52,061 bases of DNA from Candidatus Uhrbacteria bacterium (GCA_016929435.1 JAFGIV010000007.1:1-52061); one strand, 5' to 3'. Numbered from the stretch's first letter, positions 1 to 7,602 are shown. Notes: a model not told the origin generated them from the sequence alone. Numbers and translations: made by a program.

Positions 1-76
<76 letters not shown>

Positions 77-113
77 AAGTTAAGCGTCCGTAATCCGTAA
101 GCCGTTTTGTCGC

Positions 114-458
114 CTACCGCCGATGTGGCTTCTTCTTCCCTTCGAGCCTCTCAATCTCGGCCTTCAAACTTTTGACCTCTCTATCCCACACGAAGGGATT
201 GACCCGGGGCAACCCGGCCATTTCGGCCTTCAGGGCCGCAATTTTTTTTGCCTTTTCCGCCTCGGCGGCGGCTGCAGCTTCCTGGCGCTTGGCCGCAGCT
301 TCCCGCCGGGCCTTTCGCTGCTCGTAGTCCGCCTTCGAGGCAACCCTTTCCTCTTTGGCCCTCTTCTGCCTGCAAGCGGAGCACTCTTCGACACAGGCCG
401 CAATCACGCAGCCGCAGCCGCACATCTTCGTTCCAATACTCTTACTATTATTACCCAT
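114..458 (-). CDS. Hypothetical protein, Cys-rich N-terminus (CGCGC..CxxxCxxC) plus Ala/Lys/Glu coiled coil
   Basis: ATG at 458 with AGGAG ~10 nt upstream; has its own promoter and terminator. Confidence 0.7.
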   Translation of the reverse strand: MGNNSKSIGTKMCGCGCVIAACVEECSACRQKRAKEERVASKADYEQRKARREAAAKRQEAAAAAEAEKAKKIAALKAEMAGLPRVNPFVWDREVKSLKAEIERLEGKKKPHRR

Positions 459-529
459 CTTTCTTTTCTCCTGTTTTTTTGGCCCCGTTGCCGTTTCGGC
501 AATGGGAACGTTTTTAAACCACTGTGAAA

Positions 530-558
530 ATAATATCACAAAAAAACGGTTTTGTCAA
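530..558 (-). promoter_or_regulatory. Sigma70 promoter TTGACA-N17-TATTAT (extended -10)
   Basis: Minus strand TTGACA AAACCGTTTTTTTGTGA TATTAT. Confidence 0.75.
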
Positions 559-730
559 GGGTGTTGGGGGAGGGCGAAAAAATATTTAAGCCGGGAACTT
601 TAAGCCGGGGACTGTCCCCTGCCTTATTCCCCGCGGACTTTCGCTAAAATTGAGCCTATTTGGCGTCGCAAAACGCCTCAAGAAGGGCCTTTTGGTGGGA
701 AAACGAGGGACAGGTTTGAGCTTAAAATAT

Positions 731-756
731 AAAAAAGAGGGGACCTTGGCCCCCTC
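731..756 (-). terminator. Orphan intrinsic-terminator-like hairpin
   Basis: Minus strand GAGGGG(G)CCAAGGTCCCCTC-TTTTTT; no obvious upstream gene on that strand. Confidence 0.45.
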
Positions 757-791
757 CTGACTCTCCGTTCCGTTAGCTTACTTTTAGCCCC

Positions 792-809
792 TGAAAAATC
801 CCCTTGACA
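792..809 (+). repeat. 18-bp direct repeat copy 1 (TGAAAAATCCCCTTGACA), contains a -35 hexamer
   Basis: Exact match to 2903-2920. Confidence 0.85.
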
Positions 810-895
810 TTTTTTTTTATTAAATGATATTTAATACTATGGGTATAGTAGTTCCTTCAACAACTCAAGGAAAGGATAAAATCGTGAAGGAAAGA

Positions 896-1060
896 ATGGA
901 AAAGAGGTTCAATTATTGGCGCAAGAAGGAAGAAAAAATCGGTTGTGCCGCACCGCATTCTGTTCGGCAGGCAAAGGAGCATAGGCCCGGTGAGGCTTTT
1001 GCCTCCAGCGATTGTCAGGCCGACCCGTGCTCCTGTACGGGTTGCTCCGCATGGGATTAG
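896..1060 (+). CDS. Putative RiPP precursor peptide, Cys-rich C-terminal core (..SSDCQADPCSCTGCSAWD); alternative GTG start at 884
   Basis: 54-58 aa ORF directly upstream of a radical SAM/SPASM gene; purine-rich RBS; followed by a hairpin. Confidence 0.7.
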   Translation: MEKRFNYWRKKEEKIGCAAPHSVRQAKEHRPGEAFASSDCQADPCSCTGCSAWD

Positions 1061-1081
1061 GTGGTTGAGACGGATTTGCTT

Positions 1082-1114
1082 GCGACGAGACGGAACGGCC
1101 TCGTCGCCTTTTTT
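1082..1114 (+). terminator. Intercistronic terminator/attenuator between precursor and maturase
   Basis: GCGACGAG-N10-CTCGTCGC followed by CTTTTTT. Confidence 0.7.
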
Positions 1115-1129
1115 AAGGAGATTGTTGAG

Positions 1130-2158
1130 ATGAGTAAGGCGATATTGTCCCTTCAGTGGCATCTGACCACAAAATGCGAGCAGCGCTGCAGGCACTGCTA
1201 CCTGTATACATCACCTGACGCCAAAAACGAGATTGAGGGGGAGAGAATGATGAATTACGCTTCCCTTATGTCCATTGTCGACAACCTAGTGTCCACCTGT
1301 CGCCGTATCGGCGCCGCCCCGCGTGTTTCGCTGACCGGTGGAAATCCGATACTGCACGGTCATTTCTGGAACCTTCTGTCCTATCTTCTCCAACAGGGAG
1401 TAATGGTGAGTATTCTCGGCAATCCGTTTGGTTTGACCGATGAAGTGGCGGCCAAGCTCTACTCTCTGGGAATACGGAAGTTTCAACTCTCTCTTGACGG
1501 AATGGAGGAGACCCATGATCGATTCAGGAAACCCGGTTCGTTTTCCGCAACAGTCGAGGCATGCGATGTTCTTCGCCGCAACAATATCGACGTAGCGATC
1601 ATGTCGACCGTATCAAGGGCCAATGCCTCCGACATACCCGCCTTGATCGATAAGGTTGTGGATCTCGGGGTTCGGGCATATGCCTTTGCCCGGCATTGCC
1701 CAGGCGACGGGAATGCAAGCAATAGCTTCACCCCATCGGAATACAGGGAATTTCTTGCGACGGTTTGGGAGTCGTTCGGGCGCCGGGCCAATTCCGGGAC
1801 CGAATTTATCCTAAAGGACCATCTTTGGAACCTGTTCCTGATGGAGCGTAAACTGTTCATTCCGCAGGATACGGACGGTGTTGTTGTTGACGGGTGCGGA
1901 TTGGGCATCTCCCATATGACTGTCCTGGCTGATGGGAACGTTTACGCCTGTCGTCGGTTCAAGAGTCCGATCGGAAAGGTTCCGGAACAGAGCCTGTATG
2001 ATATCTTCTTCGGGGAGGCTCTCGATCGTTACCGTGATTTTGACCGTTTGGAGAAATGTCGCGAATGTCCGTTGTTAAATTACTGCCGCGGGTGCATGGC
2101 CGTCACCCATTCCACGACCGGAAGGTGGGAGGCGGCCGATCCACAATGCTGGAGGTGA
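1130..2158 (+). CDS. Radical SAM/SPASM peptide maturase resembling the ACGX-system family
   Basis: QWHLT..CEQRCRHC (CxxxCxxC), TGGNP, GNPF, QLSLDGMEETHD.FRKPGSF, AFAR.CP, KDHLW, SPASM Cys set (GCGLG, YACRR, CRECPLLNYCRGC, DPQCW); TAAGGAG RBS before ATG 1130. Confidence 0.85.
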   Translation: MSKAILSLQWHLTTKCEQRCRHCYLYTSPDAKNEIEGERMMNYASLMSIVDNLVSTCRRIGAAPRVSLTGGNPILHGHFWNLLSYLLQQGVMVSILGNPFGLTDEVAAKLYSLGIRKFQLSLDGMEETHDRFRKPGSFSATVEACDVLRRNNIDVAIMSTVSRANASDIPALIDKVVDLGVRAYAFARHCPGDGNASNSFTPSEYREFLATVWESFGRRANSGTEFILKDHLWNLFLMERKLFIPQDTDGVVVDGCGLGISHMTVLADGNVYACRRFKSPIGKVPEQSLYDIFFGEALDRYRDFDRLEKCRECPLLNYCRGCMAVTHSTTGRWEAADPQCWR

Positions 2159-2180
2159 TGGTCTAGTCCATCAATTAAAT

Positions 2181-2210
2181 AGGCGACCCAACAACAGGAT
2201 CGCCTTCTTT
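2181..2210 (+). terminator. Probable terminator between convergent rSAM and methyltransferase genes
   Basis: AGGCGA...TCGCCT stem followed by TCTTTT. Confidence 0.5.
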
Positions 2211-2213
2211 TGT

Positions 2214-2831
2214 CTATTGGGTCGCCAGGAACGTGACCGTGTCGCCCCGCTCTCCGAAGTAGTCGTGGTGGAACTCCTCGACCCGTCCGAACGTTTCCTC
2301 CAGCAGGGAACGGAATTCGGCGTAGGAGACGGCGATGCTGGGCTTGTCCTCCGGCCGGTACTCAACCCCGTCGTAAAGAACCGGCGTGATGACGCAGAGT
2401 ACCGATCCCGCGTTCATCATCTCCTTGACGGTCTTCAGAAACCTGGACCTGTCCCGGACGAAAGCGACGGTCAGCTTGCAGAGGATCAGGTCGTACCGAC
2501 CCTCGGCCAGTTCGGACCGGTCCAGACCGTCCAGGTCTCCCCGCGACAGCCGGTCCGAATCGATGGCCTTGTCGGCCATCTCCAAGGCGACGGAGGAGCA
2601 GTCCATCCCCCTGACGTCGGTGATCCCCGCAGCCGCCAGCTTGGCCAGGGAATCGCCGGTGCCGCACCCCAGGTCCAAGACCGTGGCCGGACGCCGTCCG
2701 GTCAAGGCCTCGATTCGTTCCAGCAGGCGGTTTAGGAACACCAAATTCAGCGGCTTGTAGGCCGCACCGCCTGTGTATAGCCCGTCCCACTTCTGGGATG
2801 GGGTTAGGTCGTTCGTCGGTAAGGTAGTCAT
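2214..2831 (-). CDS. Class I SAM-dependent methyltransferase
   Basis: VLDLGCGTG motif I, GMDCS, YDLILC. Confidence 0.85.
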   Translation of the reverse strand: MTTLPTNDLTPSQKWDGLYTGGAAYKPLNLVFLNRLLERIEALTGRRPATVLDLGCGTGDSLAKLAAAGITDVRGMDCSSVALEMADKAIDSDRLSRGDLDGLDRSELAEGRYDLILCKLTVAFVRDRSRFLKTVKEMMNAGSVLCVITPVLYDGVEYRPEDKPSIAVSYAEFRSLLEETFGRVEEFHHDYFGERGDTVTFLATQ

Positions 2832-2902
2832 AAATCAATGGCGTATACAGTAATTTGCCTTATTGAGTGCAGACTATCATAAACGCCCCGTGAAGTCATC
2901 TT

Positions 2903-2943
2903 TGAAAAATCCCCTTGACAGCCAAAACAATACCTGCTATAGT
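2903..2943 (+). promoter_or_regulatory. Strong sigma70 promoter TTGACA-N17-TATAGT (extended -10); includes 18-bp repeat copy 2
   Basis: TTGACA 2915-2920, TGc-TATAGT 2938-2943. Confidence 0.8.
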
Positions 2944-2983
2944 GGTATCTTGTGCCAGACGGACAAAGAGATCGAGGTTGACG

Positions 2984-3131
2984 ACAGGATCCAGTAACGC
3001 GGTTATTTAGCCTGATAACGGACCTTGAAACCCTCATTGCGATGCCTGGAGAGATGCTCCCGAACGGAAGAGATGCGCAAGACGAAGCGGAAACAGGATC
3101 CAGTAACGCGGTTATTTAGCCTGATAACGGA
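2984..3131 (+). repeat. Two exact 39-bp direct repeats ACAGGATCCAGTAACGCGGTTATTTAGCCTGATAACGGA separated by 70 bp
   Basis: Read directly at 2984-3022 and 3093-3131. Confidence 0.95.
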
Positions 3132-3134
3132 ACT

Positions 3135-3347
3135 TCATTCTCTCGAATAAAAAGACAGCCCTGGCCTTCGGACCGGGGCTGTTTTGTCTGTCCGTCTAGA
3201 GAAGACCGTCCAGGTATCTGTCCGGTAGACGCCCCAGTGGGCGATAATGGCATGTCCGCAGATACCCTGAAGTTTATCGTGCATCGACAGCTTGGCGATC
3301 AATTTCCTTGCTTTCCCTATTTCTTCGTCCAACTCCTGACCTTTCAT
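3135..3347 (-). CDS. Small hypothetical protein (70 aa), possibly a truncated remnant
   Basis: AAGGAG RBS 7 nt before ATG; 3' end runs through the terminator at 3149-3186. Confidence 0.45.
   Translation of the reverse strand: MKGQELDEEIGKARKLIAKLSMHDKLQGICGHAIIAHWGVYRTDTWTVFSRRTDKTAPVRRPGLSFYSRE
3149..3186. terminator. Bidirectional intrinsic terminator
   Basis: AAAAAG-ACAGCCCTGGCC-TTCG-GACCGGGGCTGT-TTT. Confidence 0.8.
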
Positions 3348-3364
3348 CCTTTTTCTCCTTGTTT

Positions 3365-3399
3365 AAAAAACGCCTTCAGTTCGGACATGAAGGCGTTTT
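3365..3399 (-). terminator. Intrinsic terminator after the cytidylyltransferase gene
   Basis: AAAACGCCTTCA-N9-TGAAGGCGTTTT perfect stem, T-run on minus strand. Confidence 0.8.
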
Positions 3400-3434
3400 A
3401 ACCCACCGGGACAGGAAATCAATCGCCGCCCCGA

Positions 3435-3908
3435 TCACGAACCATTCCGCAACACCTCGGAATATCCCTTCAGCAGCTCGGAACTGGAACGGACCTTCCC
3501 GCCGGTCCCGACATTGAAGACCATCCGGCAGCCGATTTCGTTGCATACCGCCACCTCGGGAATGTTGTCCTGAAACCGGTCGCCGCCGTTGGCAAAAACG
3601 TCCGGCCTGACCTTTCTCAAGGCGCTGCAGATGCTCATGTCCTCCGTACCCGGTTCATGGTCGCTGATGACCACCTCATCAACCCACCTGATCGATTCGA
3701 TGATTTCCTTCCTGTCCTCCTGCGGCATGAAGGGGTCCGTCCCCTTCTTGAGACGGATCCAATTGTCGTTGTTGACGATAACGACCAACCGGTCTCCGAG
3801 GGCCTTGGCCTCCCGGAACATCCGGACATGGCCGATGTGTATCGGGTCAAACCCGCCGCTGACCGCCACCGTAACCCCGTTCCCGTTCCCGTTTTTTTGA
3901 GTTTGCAT
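3435..3908 (-). CDS. Cytidylyltransferase-like (HIGH) nucleotidyltransferase, TagD/RibL/RfaE-like
   Basis: VAVSGGFDPIHIGH, KG..PFMPQEDR, FANGGDR, KVRSSS. Confidence 0.85.
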   Translation of the reverse strand: MQTQKNGNGNGVTVAVSGGFDPIHIGHVRMFREAKALGDRLVVIVNNDNWIRLKKGTDPFMPQEDRKEIIESIRWVDEVVISDHEPGTEDMSICSALRKVRPDVFANGGDRFQDNIPEVAVCNEIGCRMVFNVGTGGKVRSSSELLKGYSEVLRNGS

Positions 3909-3920
3909 AAGACCGTAACG

Positions 3921-4580
3921 TTAAGACTTTGATTTTCTGCGCGTTACCCCCCTTTTTTTCGTCTCCTTTCCTGACCACTTCCGGTCCCTCTCGTTCCGGT
4001 CAACGAACCAGGCGTCACCCACCATAGACCACCAGGAATCCGGGCTGGTCTTCAGCATGAACCCCACCAACCTCTTTGCCGGAACGGTCTTGAGCCGTTT
4101 CACGGCAATCCCGATCCATTCCCTGGCCTTGGTGTTTCCCTTCTCCTCCTCACCCCGCAGGGTGGCGATCCATTCCAGGGTGTCGGCGTCCTTCACCAAC
4201 CGGGCCTCCGGGGTTTTCCGTTCGTGTTCCTCCTCGTAAAGATCGAGGATTTCCGGACCGAACGGGACGCTCCTGGAGATGTCGGTCACAGCCTCGGTTT
4301 CGTTCAGCCGCCCATAGCGTTGGTGCACATAGTTGTGGTCGGATGTCCGCCCCTCGCCGATGTCGTGAAAAAGCGCCATCAGGACCACCTTCATCCTGTC
4401 GACCCGCGGTTCCAGATGCGCCAGGGCATAGGCGATCATGGCCGTATGGAAAAGGTGTTCGGCCACCGACTGACGGCCGCTTCCCAAAAACCAAAGGCCG
4501 GACCGGGGGGTTTGGCTGTGGATGCCGGTCTCGTATATGAAATCGACGATTTGCCGGTAGGTATCGTTGTTTTTGGTCAT
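3921..4580 (-). CDS. HD-domain phosphohydrolase (YfbR/HDDC2-like)
   Basis: PRSG, QSVAEH, MALFHDIGE, EARLVKDADTLE. Confidence 0.85.
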   Translation of the reverse strand: MTKNNDTYRQIVDFIYETGIHSQTPRSGLWFLGSGRQSVAEHLFHTAMIAYALAHLEPRVDRMKVVLMALFHDIGEGRTSDHNYVHQRYGRLNETEAVTDISRSVPFGPEILDLYEEEHERKTPEARLVKDADTLEWIATLRGEEEKGNTKAREWIGIAVKRLKTVPAKRLVGFMLKTSPDSWWSMVGDAWFVDRNERDRKWSGKETKKRGVTRRKSKS

Positions 4581-4667
4581 ATTGCCCTAAAGATTATCCC
4601 TCACGCCATTCGTTAGGTACGTTAACCATACTATAACGGGCCTGTTTTCCAAAACGGGAGGCAGGCG

Positions 4668-5177
4668 CTAAACCCCCTCTTCCAGGATCTGCGGGTAGCT
4701 TTTTACTGTTGATCTCCCGAAATCAAGCCCCAGAATTCCGGCCAATTCATCGATCTTCGGCTCATCCCCCTCAATTTCAACGAACGCCATCCCGTTCAGG
4801 GTATCCATTTCGATTGCCATGCCGTCCAGCTCCCAATGCTCCCGATTCTTGACGTATCGGAAAGACTCTCCGAACCCCAGGTTCTCCAGGATCGCCGTAA
4901 CCGTCGGGATGTCGTCGACCGCCGTCTCGTATTCGTCCCGCAACTTATACCTGGCGTCCTCGGACGGTTTGGCCTTTACCGTCAGGCGGTTTCCCGAGCT
5001 TCCCTGCCGTTTCAGGCGCAGGGTACGGCCACTGGCCTTCAGCCTCCGGTCTGACGTGTCGAAAAACCAGTTCTCCTCCTCCCCTTTCCATGCCAGAACC
5101 GCCCCCAACCCGATCAGTTTGGACCGCACCGGTTCCAGATCGTCAACCGCAAATTTAAGCTCAAGTTCCCGGGACAT
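4668..5177 (-). CDS. CYTH domain protein (class IV adenylate cyclase-like)
   Basis: ELELKF (ExExK), LRLK, RDEYET, FVEIEG, KSY. Confidence 0.85.
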   Translation of the reverse strand: MSRELELKFAVDDLEPVRSKLIGLGAVLAWKGEEENWFFDTSDRRLKASGRTLRLKRQGSSGNRLTVKAKPSEDARYKLRDEYETAVDDIPTVTAILENLGFGESFRYVKNREHWELDGMAIEMDTLNGMAFVEIEGDEPKIDELAGILGLDFGRSTVKSYPQILEEGV

Positions 5178-5320
5178 GTTGTGTCGGTTATCCTTTACCC
5201 AATAACCGTAATCTTAAACCAATGCCGGACATGACGCAAAACGGCCCTTGACTTAAAACCTGTTCGTGAAATAAGATGTCCCTAAATACGGAAACCGAAA
5301 AAAACGGAGGAGACCAAAAA

Positions 5321-5560
5321 ATGAATGGCATAATAAAGGTAAAAATGGTTCTTTGTCATGATGACCCGCCCTGTTCCGCCCCGTTGGCCAAAAAAGATAG
5401 CGGACGGTACTGCAAAAAATGCGGCCTGTATCCGGATACCCAAAGCGTCTGTCTCCGGGCATACTGCCCGGACTGTGACTGTCCGCTTCAAACCGACCAT
5501 CGGCAAAGACTTCACTGTCCCCGATGCGGAAAAATTGCGGTAAAAGAATCCGACAAGTAA
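5321..5560 (+). CDS. Small zinc-ribbon protein
   Basis: GGAGG RBS; CxxxxxC, CKKC, CPDC, CPRC pairs; TTGACT-N18-TAAGAT upstream. Confidence 0.7.
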   Translation: MNGIIKVKMVLCHDDPPCSAPLAKKDSGRYCKKCGLYPDTQSVCLRAYCPDCDCPLQTDHRQRLHCPRCGKIAVKESDK

Positions 5561-5582
5561 AAACGCCGAATATCTGGCTTAT

Positions 5583-5613
5583 AAAAACCGCCCCGTTCCG
5601 GGAGCGGTTTTTT
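5583..5613. terminator. Bidirectional terminator
   Basis: AAAAACCGCCCCG-TTC-CGGGAGCGGTTTTTT between convergent genes. Confidence 0.75.
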
Positions 5614-5637
5614 GCGGATTGGAACCCCCGACACCGG

Positions 5638-6147
5638 TCATTCAGCCGGCCTGTCCAGGAAACGGGCGGCCCTCTCCTGAAGGTCGGCTATGGTTTCGGC
5701 ATCGACGGAGGTAATCGTTATTTGGACCCCATCCGTGATGTTGTCCACCCGGACATCCACGTTTTCGTTCCGTGGCCCGATCATGCCGCCCAACGGCCCC
5801 ATGCCTTTCCCCTCACCGAAACGATCCGTGCCGCCAGAACGTCCCTGACCCCCCAATCGACCGGCCTTCATTTCCCCCATCTTGGCCTGTCTCTCCTCAA
5901 CGGTCATGTCTTTCCAGGCCTCCATTTCCGCCTGCCGTGCGGCCCGGCATTCCTCTGTCTTGGCGTTCCACTCGTCCGTCCCCCTCTCCAGACCGTCCAG
6001 ATCGCACCCTGCCTTAGACCCGCCGTGCGGACCGCGGAACCCTTCGGTCCCGAAGGCCCCGGCCGGCAAGGCGTTCAGGGCATATCCGCCAAGGCCGAAC
6101 GAGACGACGGCAGCGGAAATAAGGCCAATTTTAGCTTTGGTGAACAT
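5638..6147 (-). CDS. Secreted Gly-rich hypothetical protein
   Basis: N-terminal signal peptide (MFTKAKIGLISAAVVSFGLGG..A), helical charged middle, Gly-rich segment. Confidence 0.7.
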   Translation of the reverse strand: MFTKAKIGLISAAVVSFGLGGYALNALPAGAFGTEGFRGPHGGSKAGCDLDGLERGTDEWNAKTEECRAARQAEMEAWKDMTVEERQAKMGEMKAGRLGGQGRSGGTDRFGEGKGMGPLGGMIGPRNENVDVRVDNITDGVQITITSVDAETIADLQERAARFLDRPAE

Positions 6148-6282
6148 AGATGTCTGTTAGTTATTTATGAACCATGGTTCCGGTGCCGCCCGTGTCCGGC
6201 AACACCTGTAATCAATACGAAAAAAGGGTGACCGCAGGTGCATCCGACGATCCTCCCAACGGAAATCGGATTGCCCATAGGG

Positions 6283-6786
6283 CTATCCCTCCCACGGCTC
6301 GTAAGACAGACGGTTGTATTCGCCAGTCTCGAACTCTGCGATCCCCTCCTCCTGCCAAAGCAGAAAATGGCTGAGTCCCAGATCCAGTGCCAGACGACTG
6401 CAGACCGTGCAGAAAGGACGGCCGGACTTCAGGATATCCCCATGGTCGTCGACCCTGGTGAAATACAGCTTAGCCCCGACGATCCGGTCCGAATGGTGCC
6501 ATAGGGCATCGAGTGCGGCCCGCCACTCGGCGTGCATGCAGCAGGTCCGGTCGTATTTCGGCTTGCCCTCCCCGACCTGGGAATCGCACATCCGGTGCTT
6601 TTCCGAATCCAAAGGCGGGGCGTTATATCCTGCCCCGATGATTTCCTCGTCCTTCACGACCACGGCGCCGCACTTGGCCGAACGGCAGAGGGCCCTGCAC
6701 GCCATGTCTGCCGCCGCATGCATCCAATGCTTAGCCTCATCTTCCCGCTCTCCAGTTAGGTATTCCATAGTGTGGTCAATCGTCAT
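6283..6786 (-). CDS. Zn-dependent cytidine/dCMP deaminase family protein
   Basis: CGAVVVK..IIGAGYN, CMHAE, PFCTVC. Confidence 0.85.
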   Translation of the reverse strand: MTIDHTMEYLTGEREDEAKHWMHAAADMACRALCRSAKCGAVVVKDEEIIGAGYNAPPLDSEKHRMCDSQVGEGKPKYDRTCCMHAEWRAALDALWHHSDRIVGAKLYFTRVDDHGDILKSGRPFCTVCSRLALDLGLSHFLLWQEEGIAEFETGEYNRLSYEPWEG

Positions 6787-7463
6787 CGGATTCGTCCAAT
6801 CAGCTTCGGACAGACATCCTCAATCCGCTGTCCGTTACGGAAGGCCTCGCCGAAATCCGATGTCCAGGATCCGACAATCGGGTAGACTCCGTCGCAATTG
6901 CAAAACATGATTTCGCCGCTCGGTCTCATGGTCAGGCGCATCGGACCGAGATAACCCAGACAGCGCTGTCCGCAGTCCCAGTCGGCCCGACCGGCGCGAC
7001 CCATCGGGATAATGACGTCATCACCTTTTAGAGAATAGCCGTGCTCTTCAGCGATCCGGTTCATGCGCTCCTGATTTTGATACGGTCGATGAAAGACGGT
7101 CTGGCTGATGAAGACATTCAGGCAATTCCGTTCGGCAAAGTCGACGAAAGCTTCGGTCTCCGCCTGCGTCCGTGACCAGGATCCGTTGGTTATGGTGAAA
7201 CGAGGTATAGATGGCGTCGTCAAGTCGATGATCTTCTGATACCGATCATAATCGGCGGATATCTCCCCGCCGTAGAAGCCGAAGGAATTGATCCGGTTCA
7301 GGTCGATAGTGGCGACGAATTCCTTGGCCCGATTGAAATCCAGGACCGACTCATTTTCCGGAGCGGCCTCGTACATGCAGTGGGCGCAGGACAAGTTGCA
7401 CTTCAGGCTAGGCATGAAGCTGAAATCCACGGCCTTTTCCGATTCTGTCTTGATTACGACCAT
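6783..7463 (-). CDS. Short radical SAM protein (TNGxW / SxxxFH type)
   Basis: CNLSCAHC, YGGE, TNGSW, ISQTVFH, PMGRA and a C-terminal Cys cluster; ATGA overlap with the deaminase. Confidence 0.8.
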   Translation of the reverse strand: MVVIKTESEKAVDFSFMPSLKCNLSCAHCMYEAAPENESVLDFNRAKEFVATIDLNRINSFGFYGGEISADYDRYQKIIDLTTPSIPRFTITNGSWSRTQAETEAFVDFAERNCLNVFISQTVFHRPYQNQERMNRIAEEHGYSLKGDDVIIPMGRAGRADWDCGQRCLGYLGPMRLTMRPSGEIMFCNCDGVYPIVGSWTSDFGEAFRNGQRIEDVCPKLIGRIR

Positions 7464-7473
7464 ATGCTCTTGG

Positions 7474-7602
7474 CTATTCCATCACCTCCGCATGTTTACG
7501 GTGATTGACCAGCAAGGTCTTCTTCCCTTCCGGCGTCTCCGCAATCAGAAAAACGGTGGCCGCCAGATGTTTGTCTCCTTCCCTGACTTCAGGATTGCCC
7601 AT
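7474..7602 (-). pseudogene. N-terminal remnant resembling a NUDIX hydrolase (42 aa)
   Basis: Hand-translated MGNPEVREGDKHLAATVFLIAETPEGKKTLLVNHRKHAEVME*; stops before any Nudix box. Confidence 0.45.

Larger units (their letters stand above)
2950..3186 (+). ncRNA. Putative unannotated small RNA (~235 nt) with two identical 39-nt repeats
   Basis: Consensus promoter, UUCG terminator, no long ORF on this strand, repeats at 2984-3022 and 3093-3131. Confidence 0.6.

Noticed and set aside
3011-3030. Hammerhead ribozyme core (CTGATAA...GAAA)
   Set aside because: Lacks the CUGANGA consensus G and a stem II; copy 2 has no downstream GAAA.
2984-3131. Mini CRISPR array
   Set aside because: Only two repeats, a 70-bp spacer that is too long and structured, and no cas genes in the window.
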